Positions 41,045-54,238 of a DNA stretch of 64,000 nucleotides are shown here, one piece after another; the stretch's first letter is position 1, and each line of letters begins with the position of its first letter. The stretch is from Octopus vulgaris (Eukaryota), in assembly GCA_951406725.2 (NCBI GenBank), contig OX597820.1, positions 34,844,001 through 34,908,000 of the forward strand, written 5' to 3'. A model generated the notes under the pieces. That model ran no database searches. It worked only from the letters and a program-made list of their open reading frames with translations, and was not told where the DNA came from. The position numbers and the translations under genes were made by a program.

Positions 41045-41640
41045 AACTAATAAATAAGAACCATAGGGCACATATAGATAGCCCTTGGGGTTTTGGTATG
41101 AAAAACGGGCTTCAATGTCGGTCCTTTTATGTTCAACGAAGAGATAGGAACACTTTGATTCCTATCATAGAACGTAAATGTAGGCTTGGCTCTGTGATCC
41201 ATTCCGATGAGTGGCCGTTACTTAAGGGATATCGGCTATCAGCACAAAACGGTCAATCACCAAGTGAACTATGAGGGCCCGACATCAGGAGCTCATATAC
41301 AAGCTACTGAGCGATCGTCGCTTGATGCCAAGATTGAAATACTCAAGAAAACAGAGCGTACCTACTCAACATTTTCAATCACACTTGGATCATTATTGTT
41401 GGAAAATGCTCAGGAAAAATGATATCAAATCAGTTTACAAACATTAAAATCAATATTTGTGATTTAAAAAAATTGCATAATAAGGTGTTAATGATTTTTA
41501 ATAAATTTACACTACAAACTGTTTATTACGCTCCTTTTCCTCTTGTAGAATAAATGTTTAATGACTTTTAGCATATTTCATACTATCAACAGATGGTAGA
41601 TATCATACTGTAGTAGAAAATGGATGGTAGATATCATACC
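41045..41640 (+). mobile_element. Merlin (IS1595/ISXO2-like DDE) transposon remnant
   Basis: PWGFG..VQRRDRNTLIPII..GSVIHSDEW, GYQHKTVNH..SGAHIQATE motifs; duplicated atggtagatatcatac ending CC at 41640, a TIR candidate. Confidence 0.8.
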
Positions 41641-41689
41641 ATAGTAACACTCACGATTCTCTTAAAGTTCCGCTCATCGGTTGCTCCTG

Positions 41690-42050
41690 TTTGGTACTGT
41701 TTTAATTGGCCTTGGAAGAATGAAATGAAAAATTGACTTTTGCTGAAGTTGAACTCAGAGTGATAAGTGTCGGAACAAATACCGCAGAGAATCTGATCCG
41801 AAGGCCTTATTGCACCGACCGTCCGCCACGGATCAATAATACTTTTTATCGACCCCTTAAGGAGAAAAGGCCAAATTAACCTCAACTGGATTTGAACTCA
41901 GAGCGTAGAGGGTGGGGAAAATACAGCAAGGTATCTCATTCGACGCTGTAACAGTCCATGTTACTCCTCCCTGGATTGATATTTTCTTTTCATAGAGTCT
42001 GAACAAAAATATAGTTGTCTTCGGCAGAATATGAACTCAGGGCTTGAACT
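41690..42050. mobile_element. Degraded SINE family B fragments
   Basis: Repeated ttgaactcaga and atcgacccc blocks. Confidence 0.5.
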
Positions 42051-42502
42051 CGAACATTGAAAGTAATTCTATTTAAAGCCCTGATAACTTTACCAATTTT
42101 CCGAGAATGCAAATGTCTTTTATGAAATACAGCTCTAATTTAACACACCTTATGTCTTTAAATACTGCATAGGCCAAACTTGTATCACAATGAACAGTTG
42201 ATAAATTATGCATCTGCAACAGGAATACATTGGTAACGTATTTACAGCAACACAATGCAATGAACAAAAGAACTTCCCCAAACATGCTTTACTTATTAAT
42301 TTTTATTTATTAATTTGGTGTCAATTTATCTATTATTCTTATGCATAAGGTTATATCCGGTCGATTTGCTAGAAATAGCTACCAAATCTTCCTCCATACA
42401 TGTCCTGTTGTCTTAACAAAGAAGTGGAGCATTCGATAATGAATACATACAGACACATACATAGACATATGTGCATGTATGTACGTATGTTTGTATGTAC
42501 AT

Positions 42503-42638
<136 letters not shown>

Positions 42639-42793
42639 TGTATATGGAAGGCATATGTGAAATGTACATACATATATATATACATACATATGTATGTATG
42701 TATATGGAAGGCATGTTGTGAAATATACATATATATATACATACATATGTATATGTAAGCCGTGTTGTGAAATATACATACATATATATATAT

Positions 42794-42857
<64 letters not shown>

Positions 42858-42860
<3 letters not shown>

Positions 42861-43245
42861 CTTTGCCTTTCATCCTTTTGGGATCGATAAATTAAGTACC
42901 AGTCAAATACTGGGGGTCGATGTGATCGACTATCCCCTTACCCACAAATTCAAGGTCTTGTGCCTATAGTAGAAAGGATTATTATTGTTATTATCATCAT
43001 GATCATCATCATCATCATCATTAAGATGGCGAGCTGGCAGAATTATTATTAAGTCGGGCAACGTGCTTAGTGGCATTTTGTCCGTCGCTTACGTTCTGAG
43101 TTCAAATTCCGCCGAGGTCGTCTTTGCCTTTCATCCTTTCGGGGTCGATAAAATAAGTACCAGCTGAGTACTGAGGTCGATTTAATCGACTTATACCGTC
43201 TCCCAAAATTTCAGGCCTTGTGCATATAATAGAAAGGATTATTAT
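42858..43245 (+). mobile_element. Two tandem SINE family B copies
   Basis: Headless copy then full copy from about 43023. Confidence 0.85.
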
Positions 43246-43317
43246 TAAAACCAAATTTATGTATTGTATCTGATTAAGTGTAGTAGAATATAATCTGCCA
43301 TAGCCTGCGTGATTTTG

Positions 43318-43334
43318 TCGTCGTCGTCGTCGTT

Positions 43335-43398
<64 letters not shown>
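43318..43398. repeat. (TCG)n(TAG)n microsatellite
   Basis: Directly visible. Confidence 0.95.
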
Positions 43399-43589
43399 AC
43401 GACTCCCTATGGAGTGAAACAGACTGCATAATCTTCTATAAACTCAAGAGACAAATTAATCTAATAAACTATGGAACGCAATCGTAGACATAATCTATAA
43501 TGGAAACAACGTAAACATATTATTCATAAGACGATTGACTAATATATAAATTTTGTTAATTAACTATAAAATATATATATATATATATA

Positions 43590-43631
43590 GGCGCAGGAGT
43601 AGCTGTGTGGTAAGTGGCTTGCTTACGTATG

Positions 43632-43699
<68 letters not shown>

Positions 43700-43840
43700 C
43701 GTATGTGTGTAGATACACATACTTGGTTCCGGATTTAGTCCCACTACGTGGCACCTTGGGCAGGTGTCTTCTACTACAGTCTCGGGCCGACCAAATTCTT
43801 GTGAGTGGACTTGGTAGACGGAAACTGAAAGAACCCCATC

Positions 43841-43878
<38 letters not shown>

Positions 43879-44068
43879 GTATGTGTATATCTTTGTATGT
43901 CTGTTTGTCATCCCCTCCAACATCGCTTAACAATCGATGCTGTGCGTAACATAGCGGTTCGGCAAAACCGACCGACAGAATAAGTGCTGGGCTTACAAAG
44001 AATAAGTCCTGAGGGTCGATTTGCTCAACTAAAGGCTGCAGTCACAATGACTGAAATAAGTGAAAGAG
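43590..44068 (+). mobile_element. SINE family A with (TG)n inserted in the head
   Basis: Head split at about 43626-43722. Confidence 0.85.
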
Positions 44069-44540
44069 TATGTATGTATGTACGTATGCATGTACGTGTG
44101 GGTGTAGATATACATACATACACATATATAGATGTATCCATATATACATTTATGCTTATATTTCATTTATGCTTATATGCATGCTTCACACATATATCCA
44201 TACCTACCAGAAGGTACTCTCACCTTACTCGCGCTAATAACGTCCGCATTTGTTAGATATTGTTTAGAGTAGTTTCTTTGAAAAATAACGTTGTTCATAT
44301 CTACGTAACCAATCTCTTAAAGCTGTTCACCCAGTATAGAAAAGTATTATGTAGCTTCCTCGTTTACTAGTATCTGTAAATACATTTTCATTTGTGTACA
44401 CTATACACTCAGTGTGATATTAGGAAGTGGATAGGGCAAAGGCAGAACCAAAGAAAAGTGAAAGCTACTTGACAGAAGCCAATCCATGCACTACAGGGTA
44501 ATTTGGATATGCAATTATCACATAAATTATACACACAAAA

Positions 44541-44697
44541 TATTGGGTCGTCCGGAAAGTTCGTGCCGATTTATAATAGCTCATCTTTCGACTTACCCTC
44601 CCAAGCACCTCAATTCTGGGAAGAGGGTATTTTCAAGTTAAATGATTCATATTTGGATAATTAAAAATTTAATGTCAAGTATTTATTGACTTTTTTC

Positions 44698-44700
<3 letters not shown>
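44541..44700 (+). mobile_element. Mariner deletion derivative
   Basis: Same TIR as 40846 fused to QFWEEGIFKL (mariner C-terminal motif). Confidence 0.6.
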
Positions 44701-44746
<46 letters not shown>

Positions 44747-44864
44747 ACACACGCATTAACACATACTTGTGCATACATAAAGGCAATCACATAAATTATA
44801 CACATAAAGACTACATATACACGCATATTTAATCTTTATGTGTATAATTTATGTTTGCGTGTGA

Positions 44865-44990
44865 GTGAGTGGACTGGAGCAACGTGAAATAAAGTGTCTT
44901 GCTCAAGGACACAACGCGTCGCCAGGAATCGAACTCACGACCTTACAATCGTGAGCCGAATGCCCTATCCACTAAGTCACGCGCCTTCAC
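44865..44990 (-). mobile_element. SINE family D 5' part
   Basis: Minus: tgacttagtggatagg..gagttcgattcc..tgtgtccttgagcaagacactt (A box, B box, CORE-like). Confidence 0.75.
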
Positions 44991-45710
44991 TCTTTTGTTA
45001 AACACTAACTGTAACAGTATACGTACATAGGCCCTATTATTATTGTACAACAGTTACACACACACACGCACACGCACACGCAAGTAGCCTCCCCTCACAC
45101 GCACACATTCATTACAGATATTCTTTTACTTTAGAATCCACAGCACACTGAAGCAATTACTACACTTCATTCATTGAAACTGTTCCCTTTGTCTCTGATA
45201 AGAAAATAACGATGTGACACATAATGTATTAAGATTTAGGTAGTCGTATCGTAGCTTATTATTGATAGATTATGTCCTCGATTTCGTTCCATAGTTCAGA
45301 TTACTGTTTTATGTAAATGGGAAAACGTTAAACAACTCTCAAGTCAGAAAAGGTAACAAATCCGATTCCACTGCTTGGCATCTTTGTTGTCTTATAAGTC
45401 AATATATGTGTCAGCATCACTTCCTCCGGTGCTTTCGAGCGCATTGAGCAGCACTGGTTAATGCACTGGTTTTTGTTGACTGTGGTTTTCTTTGCATCCG
45501 GTCATGTGATATTAGACTTTCACGTGTCGGTTATGAATGAATATTCTGTGGCGTGTAGATATTTATCTTCCTGTCTTACTTTATCCATCCGGTGGTGAGC
45601 ATTTGAAAATTCATTTAGAATCGCGTTGTTCTAGAAGTCGGAGGATTTAACCTGCTAGCTTTAATTTCCGTTCTTGTATGATATCGCTAATTGGACGAAA
45701 TTGTGTAGTC

Positions 45711-45900
45711 CAGCGTTTCTCAATTAGAGTTTCCCGGAACCCTAAGGTTCCGCAAAAGGTTCCAAGGGGTTCCGCGAGAAAGTGTGAGACAAGCTAATGC
45801 TAATTTCATGATTGTAATGTTACTATACATGCACAACATATTATTGGTTATTGTAATATTGTAATATAGACATCATTCTATCTAACTTATGTTATTATAA
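45711..45900 (+). mobile_element. hAT (Charlie-type) left end
   Basis: CAGCGTTTCTCAA TIR with ggttcc subterminal repeats; probable right end at 47910-47982. Confidence 0.5.
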
Positions 45901-45994
45901 AAAATAATATAACAACATATATACGTGTGTGTGTGTGTGTGTGTGTGCATATATACATATATACATATATATATATCTTTATCTTTTCTTTTAT

Positions 45995-46396
45995 CTTTTA
46001 CTTGTTTCAGTCATTTGACTGCGGCCATGCTGGAGCACCGCCTTTAGTCGAGCAAATCGACCCCGGGACTTATTCTTTGTAAGCCCAGTACTTATTCTAT
46101 CGGTCTCTTTTGCCGAACCGCTAAGTGACGGGGACGTAAACACACCAGCATCGGTTGTCAAGCAATGCTAGGGGGACAAACACACAAACACACACACATT
46201 CACACACACACACATATATATATACATATATACGACAGGCTTCTTTCAGTTTCCGTCTACCAAATCCACTCACAAGGCATTGTTCGGCCCGGGGCTATAG
46301 CAGAAGACACTTGCCCAAGATGCCACGCAGTGGGACTGAACCCGGAGCCATGTGGTTGGTTAGCAAGCTACTTACCACATAGCCGCTCCTGCGCCT
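45995..46396 (-). mobile_element. SINE family A (full length, young)
   Basis: Close to consensus throughout. Confidence 0.92.
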
Positions 46397-46640
46397 ATAT
46401 ATATGTTTACATACATATACATTTATATATATACATATATATATACTACAAAATTAGAGAATGGAGAAACATACTTAAATCAGTAAAACATCAACTATCC
46501 GATGATACTCAATCCATACTTTAATACACCATTACATATGAGTAAAGGCAATATATAAAATGAAATGAGATATACAGTAATAGTAAAAAGATAAAGAGAT
46601 ATAAGTAAAAAAATTTCAAATATAATATGCAAATAAATCA

Positions 46641-46755
46641 AAACTGACAGCTGTTTCGGCAGTGAGGGCAGTCATACCTCATTTAACCTATAAGCCATAA
46701 AGGCAGGTATAAATGAGGCATTAACAAGGATGCCCCACGGCCTCTTCAGAGAATT
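46641..46755 (-). ncRNA. Type I HHR with long branched stem II
   Basis: Minus: ct CTGAAGA ggccgtggggca...tgccctcactgcc GAAAC agct GTC ag; stem I short. Confidence 0.6.
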
Positions 46756-47159
46756 AAATTAAATTTGTTATAATAGTGAAAAATATTATATAATCATATA
46801 CATATAAATATAAAAATATAAAAATGTAAAATATAAAAACTTATACATCATAATGCTACACTTATATAATATAATACACATTTGTACAAAAAAGGAAGGT
46901 AAACAGAACAAAATAAAACAAAATATATAACAGTGTATATATTAATATTAATAAGTACCGATATTATACATATTTGGCTAATAGTTTTTTATAAAAAAAG
47001 CTAACACATATGGAGATGGAAAATAATAATTAAAACCATGGTACAGTTCATAAAATTCTAAAGCTATAAAAGTTAATAAAAATTACAATTAATATTAATA
47101 ATAATAATAAAATAATATAATAATATGAAAATAATCAAAAATAATAATGGAATATATAT

Positions 47160-47487
47160 TCAATATGTTTATAATCCAGAAACATGATGTTCACAGATAA
47201 CCGCCAGACTTCGTATTCGTTATCTATTCCTTCTGTTTTGCATACGTGAATTACAGGGTTTGTCATGCCCGGAGTCCAACTTTGATAGAAATAAGCATTC
47301 TTGACTGCTATTTCTATTTTTTCGGTATGCGGTCAAGCAACCTGTTTGCCTGTCCCTTTTTCTTATATACAATATATATACTGAACTCTACAGAAGTTCC
47401 TGCCGGTAATCGGCTATATTTACATACCGAATTCTACCAGTAAATAATTGGGGTTTTTTTAAAAGCCTTTATAGAAATTATTTACTC

Positions 47488-47492
<5 letters not shown>
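47160..47492 (+). mobile_element. Family P2 copy with inverted segment
   Basis: See 39452-39690. Confidence 0.7.
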
Positions 47493-47558
<66 letters not shown>

Positions 47559-47848
47559 CACATATATATCAGGTGGTGCTATGAAGTTAGACATGGCCTG
47601 GACCAATCATTGGTCGAAACATATCTAAGTTTATCTAAGTTTATATATATACATATATATATATCTATCTACATATATATATACATATATATACATACAC
47701 ACACGCACACACACACATACACGCGCGCGCGCACACACGCACACACACACACACATACACGCGCGCGCGCACACTTAGACACACAGACACACAGACACAC
47801 AGACACACACACACACATATATAAATATAAATATATTATGTATATGTA

Positions 47849-47915
<67 letters not shown>

Positions 47916-47992
47916 GCACGGTTCCTTGGGACATGCAATTTATTTAAAGGGTTACGCAAGGGTTTAAAGGTTGAGAAACACGAAGACGGTAT

Positions 47993-48067
<75 letters not shown>

Positions 48068-48145
48068 GTCTGGCTCTCTAAATATATGTAAATTTGTGTT
48101 TATATGCGTGTGTACATTTATATGTATATATATTATGTAGATGTA

Positions 48146-48192
<47 letters not shown>

Positions 48193-48196
48193 GTAA

Positions 48197-48353
48197 GGCG
48201 CAGGAGTGGCTGTGTGATAAGTAAATTGCTTACCAACCAAATGGTTCCGGGTTCATTCCTACAACGTGGCACCTTGGGCAAGTGTCTTCTCCTATAGCCT
48301 CGGGCTCCCGACCAAAACCTTGTTAGTGAATTTGGTAGACGGAGCCTGTCGTG
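48197..48353 (+). mobile_element. SINE family A 5' part
   Basis: Head and CORE-like block. Confidence 0.8.
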
Positions 48354-48371
48354 TATATATATATATTTGTG

Positions 48372-48406
<35 letters not shown>

Positions 48407-48597
48407 TTGTGTTTGTGTGTTTGTGTGTGTGTGTGCGCAGAATATCAATGTCTGAAAGTCATATGTCTGGAAGTGTGTCAGTAAAAAACTAGAGGAGACT
48501 AATATCGGTTTCCATGGAGATTACCTCTATATACATACACACACATACTCGCATACACACATACACACATACAAGAGCGAGTCTATGTATGTGTGTG

Positions 48598-48647
<50 letters not shown>

Positions 48648-49280
48648 TGTGTGTGTGCCATTTTGTACGGAACAGAAAGTGGGTCGACAATGTTTAACTG
48701 TGGGAAGGAGTGGCGGTCAAAGGTTAAGAAATAGGAAACTGGAGCCGTCGGTATACAGTAGTAGTAGTAGTAGTAGTAGTAAGAGGAGGAGGAGGAAGTG
48801 GAAGAGGAAGTGAAGGAGGAAGACCTAGAGGAGCAAAAATTGGGGTAAAGTTGATTGTTTGCTGTTGATAACCTGGAAACCATTTTTCTTTTTAAGTTCC
48901 TTGTTTGGTGGAGAGGTTGTTGTCGGTGGTGGTGGTGGTAATGAAGGGGGTCGTCAAGATTCGGAAAGGATGCGGTCACAATGCAAACATTCTTGAGGGG
49001 GAAATACCACAGACATGCTGACACACAAGAATAGACACAAAGAGACAGATAGACGGAAAGATATGTACACATATACATATACATACACACATATAATCAC
49101 ACATACATACGTTGTTGAGGTGTCGTGTATATATCCTCATCGTCATCATCATCATTCAACATTTGTTTTCCATGCTGGCTTGGGTTGGGCGATTTGACAG
49201 GAATTGGAAAGTCAGAAGACTACACTGGGCTTCACTCTACGTTTGGCATGGTTTTTATGGCTGGATGCCCTTCCTAGAGT

Positions 49281-49330
<50 letters not shown>

Positions 49331-49873
49331 TGTGTGTGCTTATCATACATATACATCTACGTAGACAAGTGAACACACGCATTAGTATAGTGTTATAAAA
49401 CCATACACATGCACACAAACTGAAGTAAGCACACACACACATACACACACACACACATACACACACACACACATACACACACACACACTTTCCTCTAAGT
49501 CGCCGGTTTTACCTACTCGAAACAATAGGTAAATATTTTCAAGTCAGAACCTAATGTCCTATAATGTAGTGTTACATATATTATCCCTAAAAAGGCGTGA
49601 TGGTCATGAGCAGAGAGCTTTTGATAAAAGGCTTGTGCATTTAGGACTCACCTGAAGCAAGATAACACCAATGCCACTAGGAAACTGTTCTTTCGAATAA
49701 ACAGAAAATTCATAAAATTAACAGTTATTGCCAAGCTAATGTGGCAATCCATATATAGACGACGAAAGCTGCCGTTGATTAGCTCCAAGAGGCCATCGCC
49801 TCTAGCTAGCTATATGACACACGAACCTGTGTCCATTAAAACCTTCGAACAGGGGAGGTCAGCTGCTTCCCTT

Positions 49874-49945
49874 TGCTGGTCAGGCATTTGCAGACATGTT
49901 TCAGGGTATTTGCCCTTTATCAATGCAGAGTAGCCGATCCCAGCA
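49874..49945 (-). ncRNA. Type I hammerhead ribozyme, U3-A8 core variant, extended stem I
   Basis: Minus: tgctgg..ggc..tgca TTGATAA aggg caaata ccct GAAAC at GTC tgca..gcc..ccagca. Confidence 0.8.
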
Positions 49946-50067
49946 GGCGTCTCCATTTCCGTCGAAGATTATGAATAATAAAAACTGAAAATTGGAGTTT
50001 GTGATATTAATTTTATTTCATGGTTCACAATTGTTTCAACAAATATACGGTGACTATTTTCGCATTA

Positions 50068-50287
50068 CCGTAATCCCTCAACTATCGCGGGTGTTACGTT
50101 CCACCCCCCCGCCCCGATAGGTGAAAATCCGCGAAGTAGAAACTCTACTGTACAGTATATATTTTGTTGTTTTTATAATTTCTATATATATTTATTTTAT
50201 TATAAATGCAAAACAACACCACAGAGGAATTGACGCAAGCTTAAATAAACCGCGATAGGTGGACCGCGATATGGCGAGGGTTTACTG
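50068..50287. mobile_element. Tigger-type MITE
   Basis: TIRs ccgtaatccctcaactatcgcg / cgcgatatggcgagggtttactg; TA on both sides. Confidence 0.8.
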
Positions 50288-50464
50288 TATATCAAACAGA
50301 TATTCTGTTAATGATCTAGTCGTGTATGCTACGTAATTTATATTACATAGTAGTCTATGGTATTGTTTCATCAGAACCGTTTATACAAACAATACATGGA
50401 AATAAACAGCCATCTCGCTTTAATACCAAACACTTAGTATTGATAAGGATCTAACTACCTATAT

Positions 50465-50950
50465 ATTCGCTCAGTCGAAGTCAACTCTCGGTTACTCGAT
50501 GGATCAGTGTTCTCCAGCCAGTTCTATCCAGGGTCGCTTCTTTCAGACTGGCTATGGCCATTCCCGTATCGCTCTTGATGGTGTCAAGCCAGCCGGTTCT
50601 TGGTCGGCCTCTTCCTCTCTTGCCACTGACCATTCCGAGCATGATGTCCTTCTCCAGGGATTTCCTCCGCATAATATTACCAAAATATGCCAATTTATGC
50701 TTGGTGATCCTAGCTTCCAGCGACATATTCGGCTTGATCTGGTTAAGAACTTCTCCAATGGTGAGCCTCGCTATCCATAGAATCCGTAAAAGTCTTCAAC
50801 ACCAAAGCTCGAATGCATTAATTCTCTTCTGGTCAGCTTTCTTTAGTGTCCACGTCTCGCATCCATATGTTACTATTGGGAAGACGATTGCATTCACCAA
50901 TCTGCATTTGGTAGCGAGGCTGATGTCTCTACTCTTCCAGACCTTGATAA
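50465..50950 (-). mobile_element. 5'-truncated RTE (BovB-like) LINE 3' end
   Basis: VWKSRDISLATKCRLVNAIVFPIVTYGCETWTLKKAD..INAFELWC and YFGNIMRRKSLEKDIMLGMVSGKRGRGRPRTGWLD. Confidence 0.9.
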
Positions 50951-51038
50951 GAATAAGCGGTTTTAAAAGTTAAAATTTTACTTTCTATCTCCTTTTTTTT
51001 TCTTCTATCTTATAATAGTTTCAGACATTGGACTGTGG

Positions 51039-51137
51039 CCATGCTGGTGAACCATGCTGGTGAACCATGCTGGTGAACCATGCTGGTGAACAATGCTGGT
51101 GAACCATGCTGGTGAACCATGCTGGTGAACCATGCTG
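51039..51137. repeat. Minisatellite (CCATGCTGGTGAA) x about 7.6
   Basis: Directly visible, no spacers. Confidence 0.95.
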
Positions 51138-51192
51138 AAGGGTTTAGTCGAACAAATCGATTTTTTTTTAATGTCTAGTATTCATTTTATTG

Positions 51193-51499
51193 TGGAGGCG
51201 CAATGGCCCAGTGGTTAGGGCAGCGGACTTGCGGTCGGAGGATCGCGGTTTCGATTCCCAGACCGGGCGTTGTGTGTGTTTATTGAGCGAAAACACCTAA
51301 AAGCTGCACGAGGCTCCGGCAGGGGGTGGTGGCGACCCCTGCTGTACACATTCGCCACAACCTTCTCTCACTCTCTCTTCCTGTTTCTTGAGTAACGCTG
51401 AGATGGACGGGCGTCTCGTCCAGCTGGGGGGAAAACATACGCCACAGAAACCGGGAAACTGGGCCCATGAGCCTGGCTAGGCTTGAAAAGGGCGACGTT
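51193..51499 (+). mobile_element. SINE family C (full length)
   Basis: A/B boxes; perfect 14-bp TSD tattcattttattg at 51179-51192 and 51500-51513. Confidence 0.9.
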
Positions 51500-52038
51500 T
51501 ATTCATTTTATTGGTCTCATGGGCCGAACAACTAAGTTATGGGGATACACACATACACACACACATACACGCACTAGCACACACAAACGCACATACACAC
51601 TATCTCCTCTCCCCATCTCTCTCTCTCATACACACACATACAGACACACTCACATACATACAAACTTAAAGGCTTCAGCTTTCACATGGTTTCTGTCTAC
51701 CAAATTTAACCCCAAGACGCTGATCGATTGGGGATATTGTAGAAGGTACTTTCAGTTTCATCTACCAAATCCACTCACAAGGCTTTGATCGGCCCGCGAA
51801 GGTGCCACGCAGTGGGATTAAACCCGGAACTATGTAGTTGGGAAGCAAGCTACTTAGCACACAACCACGCCTACGCCTATATATGTGTGTGTGTGTGTGT
51901 GTATGTATGCATGCATGATATATGTAAATATATATATATGTATACACACACATATATATGTATGTATGTATATATGTATGTATTTATATATGTGTATATA
52001 TATATATATATATATGTATAGGCATTTATATATATATT

Positions 52039-52098
<60 letters not shown>

Positions 52099-52405
52099 AT
52101 ATCGCAGACACAACACACATATATATACATGCACTTATATTTACATGTAAGTATAAACCCACATGTATGTATATATATGTGTGTGTGTATATATATATAT
52201 ATATGCGTGTGTGTATGTATATATATATGTATATATATATACACATATATACATACAGATATGTTTAAGTGTATATTACGCAGAGAAACACAAAAGAGAG
52301 AGAGAGAGTAGACGGAGAAAATGAGAAAGATTGATTTAGGTAGATAAACATTTATATCCAACATTCTGCCACACCCATAAACATATAAGTGAGTGTATGT
52401 ATGTT

Positions 52406-52456
<51 letters not shown>

Positions 52457-52693
52457 ACATATGTGTGTACATGTGTGTGTGTGTATGTGTGTGTGTGTTC
52501 GTGCGTCTGTGCATATCTTGTGTGCACGGGTAAAAACACGCTTATCTGTATGTGTATACATGTATAAAAGCCGTGTACATCATAAAGTTATTTTGTAACG
52601 TTGCAGTAATTATATACACACGTACATATTCATTTACATAGATACATACAAATACATACATCGATACATATATACATACATACATACATACAC

Positions 52694-52742
<49 letters not shown>

Positions 52743-52877
52743 GCGTAAACATACACAAACACGTATATATTTATTAGCCTGTATATATTTGTATATATTT
52801 ATGTATATAGTATGTGCATATTTTGGAGTACTTCACACATGTGCACTATAAATACAGTAAAAATATGGTATGTGGAT

Positions 52878-53060
52878 CACCGTCACTTACTACGATGTCC
52901 ATCCATTTGCCGATCAACCGAATTACCGGCTCGATGAATTAACGTGTAAGTGGCTGAGTATTTCAGAGACTCGTGCCCCAAATACCATGCAGTGGAATCG
53001 AACCTGAAACACCGTGACTGCAAAGTGAACTTCCAAGCCATTCCACCGTTGAGCGCATAT
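52878..53060 (-). mobile_element. tRNA-derived SINE (family E, degraded)
   Basis: Minus: B box GGTTCGATTCC downstream of an A-box-like segment; single copy in window. Confidence 0.45.
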
Positions 53061-53121
53061 TTTCCATGCAAACTTGTGTGTCTTTGATCGTGTGCATGCG
53101 TGTGTGTTTGTGTGTTTGTGT

Positions 53122-53172
<51 letters not shown>

Positions 53173-54019
53173 CGTGTGAGTTTGTGCCTTTTACTCCAAA
53201 TACCTTTTCTCATTCATCTCTTATTTTATTTTCTGGTAAAAGACCAGCGCTCCGAAACGTCAAAACTTTTTACCATATTTTTAAGTGTTAAATTAATACA
53301 TCATCGCCAATATTCCTAGGATCGTACATATCATTGCGACCAGTTTTGCAGTACAATAAATCATTTAACAAATGGTTGAGTCAGAAAACACCTCAGATTT
53401 CCTTCAGGCCCCCATTGAGGACAGCATTGAGACCACTTATGCTCCTTTTTTACCAATCACTAGCATTCTGAGCCATATATTTAAGACATTTACTATCAAT
53501 ATCTACAACTAAAAATCAGGTAGCCGCTATTTAACCGTCTTAATTGCTACCTCTGTCTACCTAATCACATTCACAAGTCTTGAGTTGTGTCAAAAACCGA
53601 GAGAAGCAGCTTTCTCAATGTAGTACGCAATCAAGCATAGAAAACATAAAACCGTGTGAGTATGAAACAAATGTCTTTACTACGGGCCCTTACTTGCGCC
53701 CTAATATGTTTACTGGTAGAAATAGCAGCTAAATCTCACTAAAGTATAATCTAGTTTAAAAAATGTCGGAACATATTCGATAACGTTGATCCAGATATAT
53801 TATAGCTTAAATAAATAACAGGATGTTAACAGCTGGAACGCTTTGGGGGCTAGAACTATCGTATAAAACCTGACCCAGGGTTATAAAATAACTGGTGTTA
53901 CACTTCAGGTTGTTGTTATATTTCATGTTTTCTTCGAATGCTTTTCGCTCCTTTACAGTGGTTGCATTTAACCCACCTCTACCCTACCCACTTTCATTTC
54001 TTTTCACACACACACGTAT

Positions 54020-54056
<37 letters not shown>

Positions 54057-54190
54057 CACCTCACTTCCATCCTCTTCCCCCTCTCTCTTTCTTTCAACCT
54101 TTCGGGTTCTGCTGAGTTTTATTAGTATCTTTTTTTCCCATGGCGTGTAGCTTCCGTGCTAAAATATGTTTAATCTTCTTATCATACCCC

Positions 54191-54238
<48 letters not shown>

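Larger units (their letters stand above)
51012..51878 (-). mobile_element. SINE family A interrupted by SINE C and a 13-bp minisatellite
   Basis: Head at about 51878, tail at about 51012. Confidence 0.75.

Noticed and set aside
45280-45700. Complex-sequence patch as exon or LINE remnant
   Set aside because: Stops in the frames read and no motif I could identify
47585-47635. gaccaa-tca-ttggtc GAAAC motif (also 7618-7660 minus) as a hammerhead
   Set aside because: No CUGANGA-like strand; it folds as a simple hairpin with an internal loop
51039-51137. CRISPR-like regular repeat
   Set aside because: 13-bp units without spacers, inside a SINE, eukaryotic context, no cas genes
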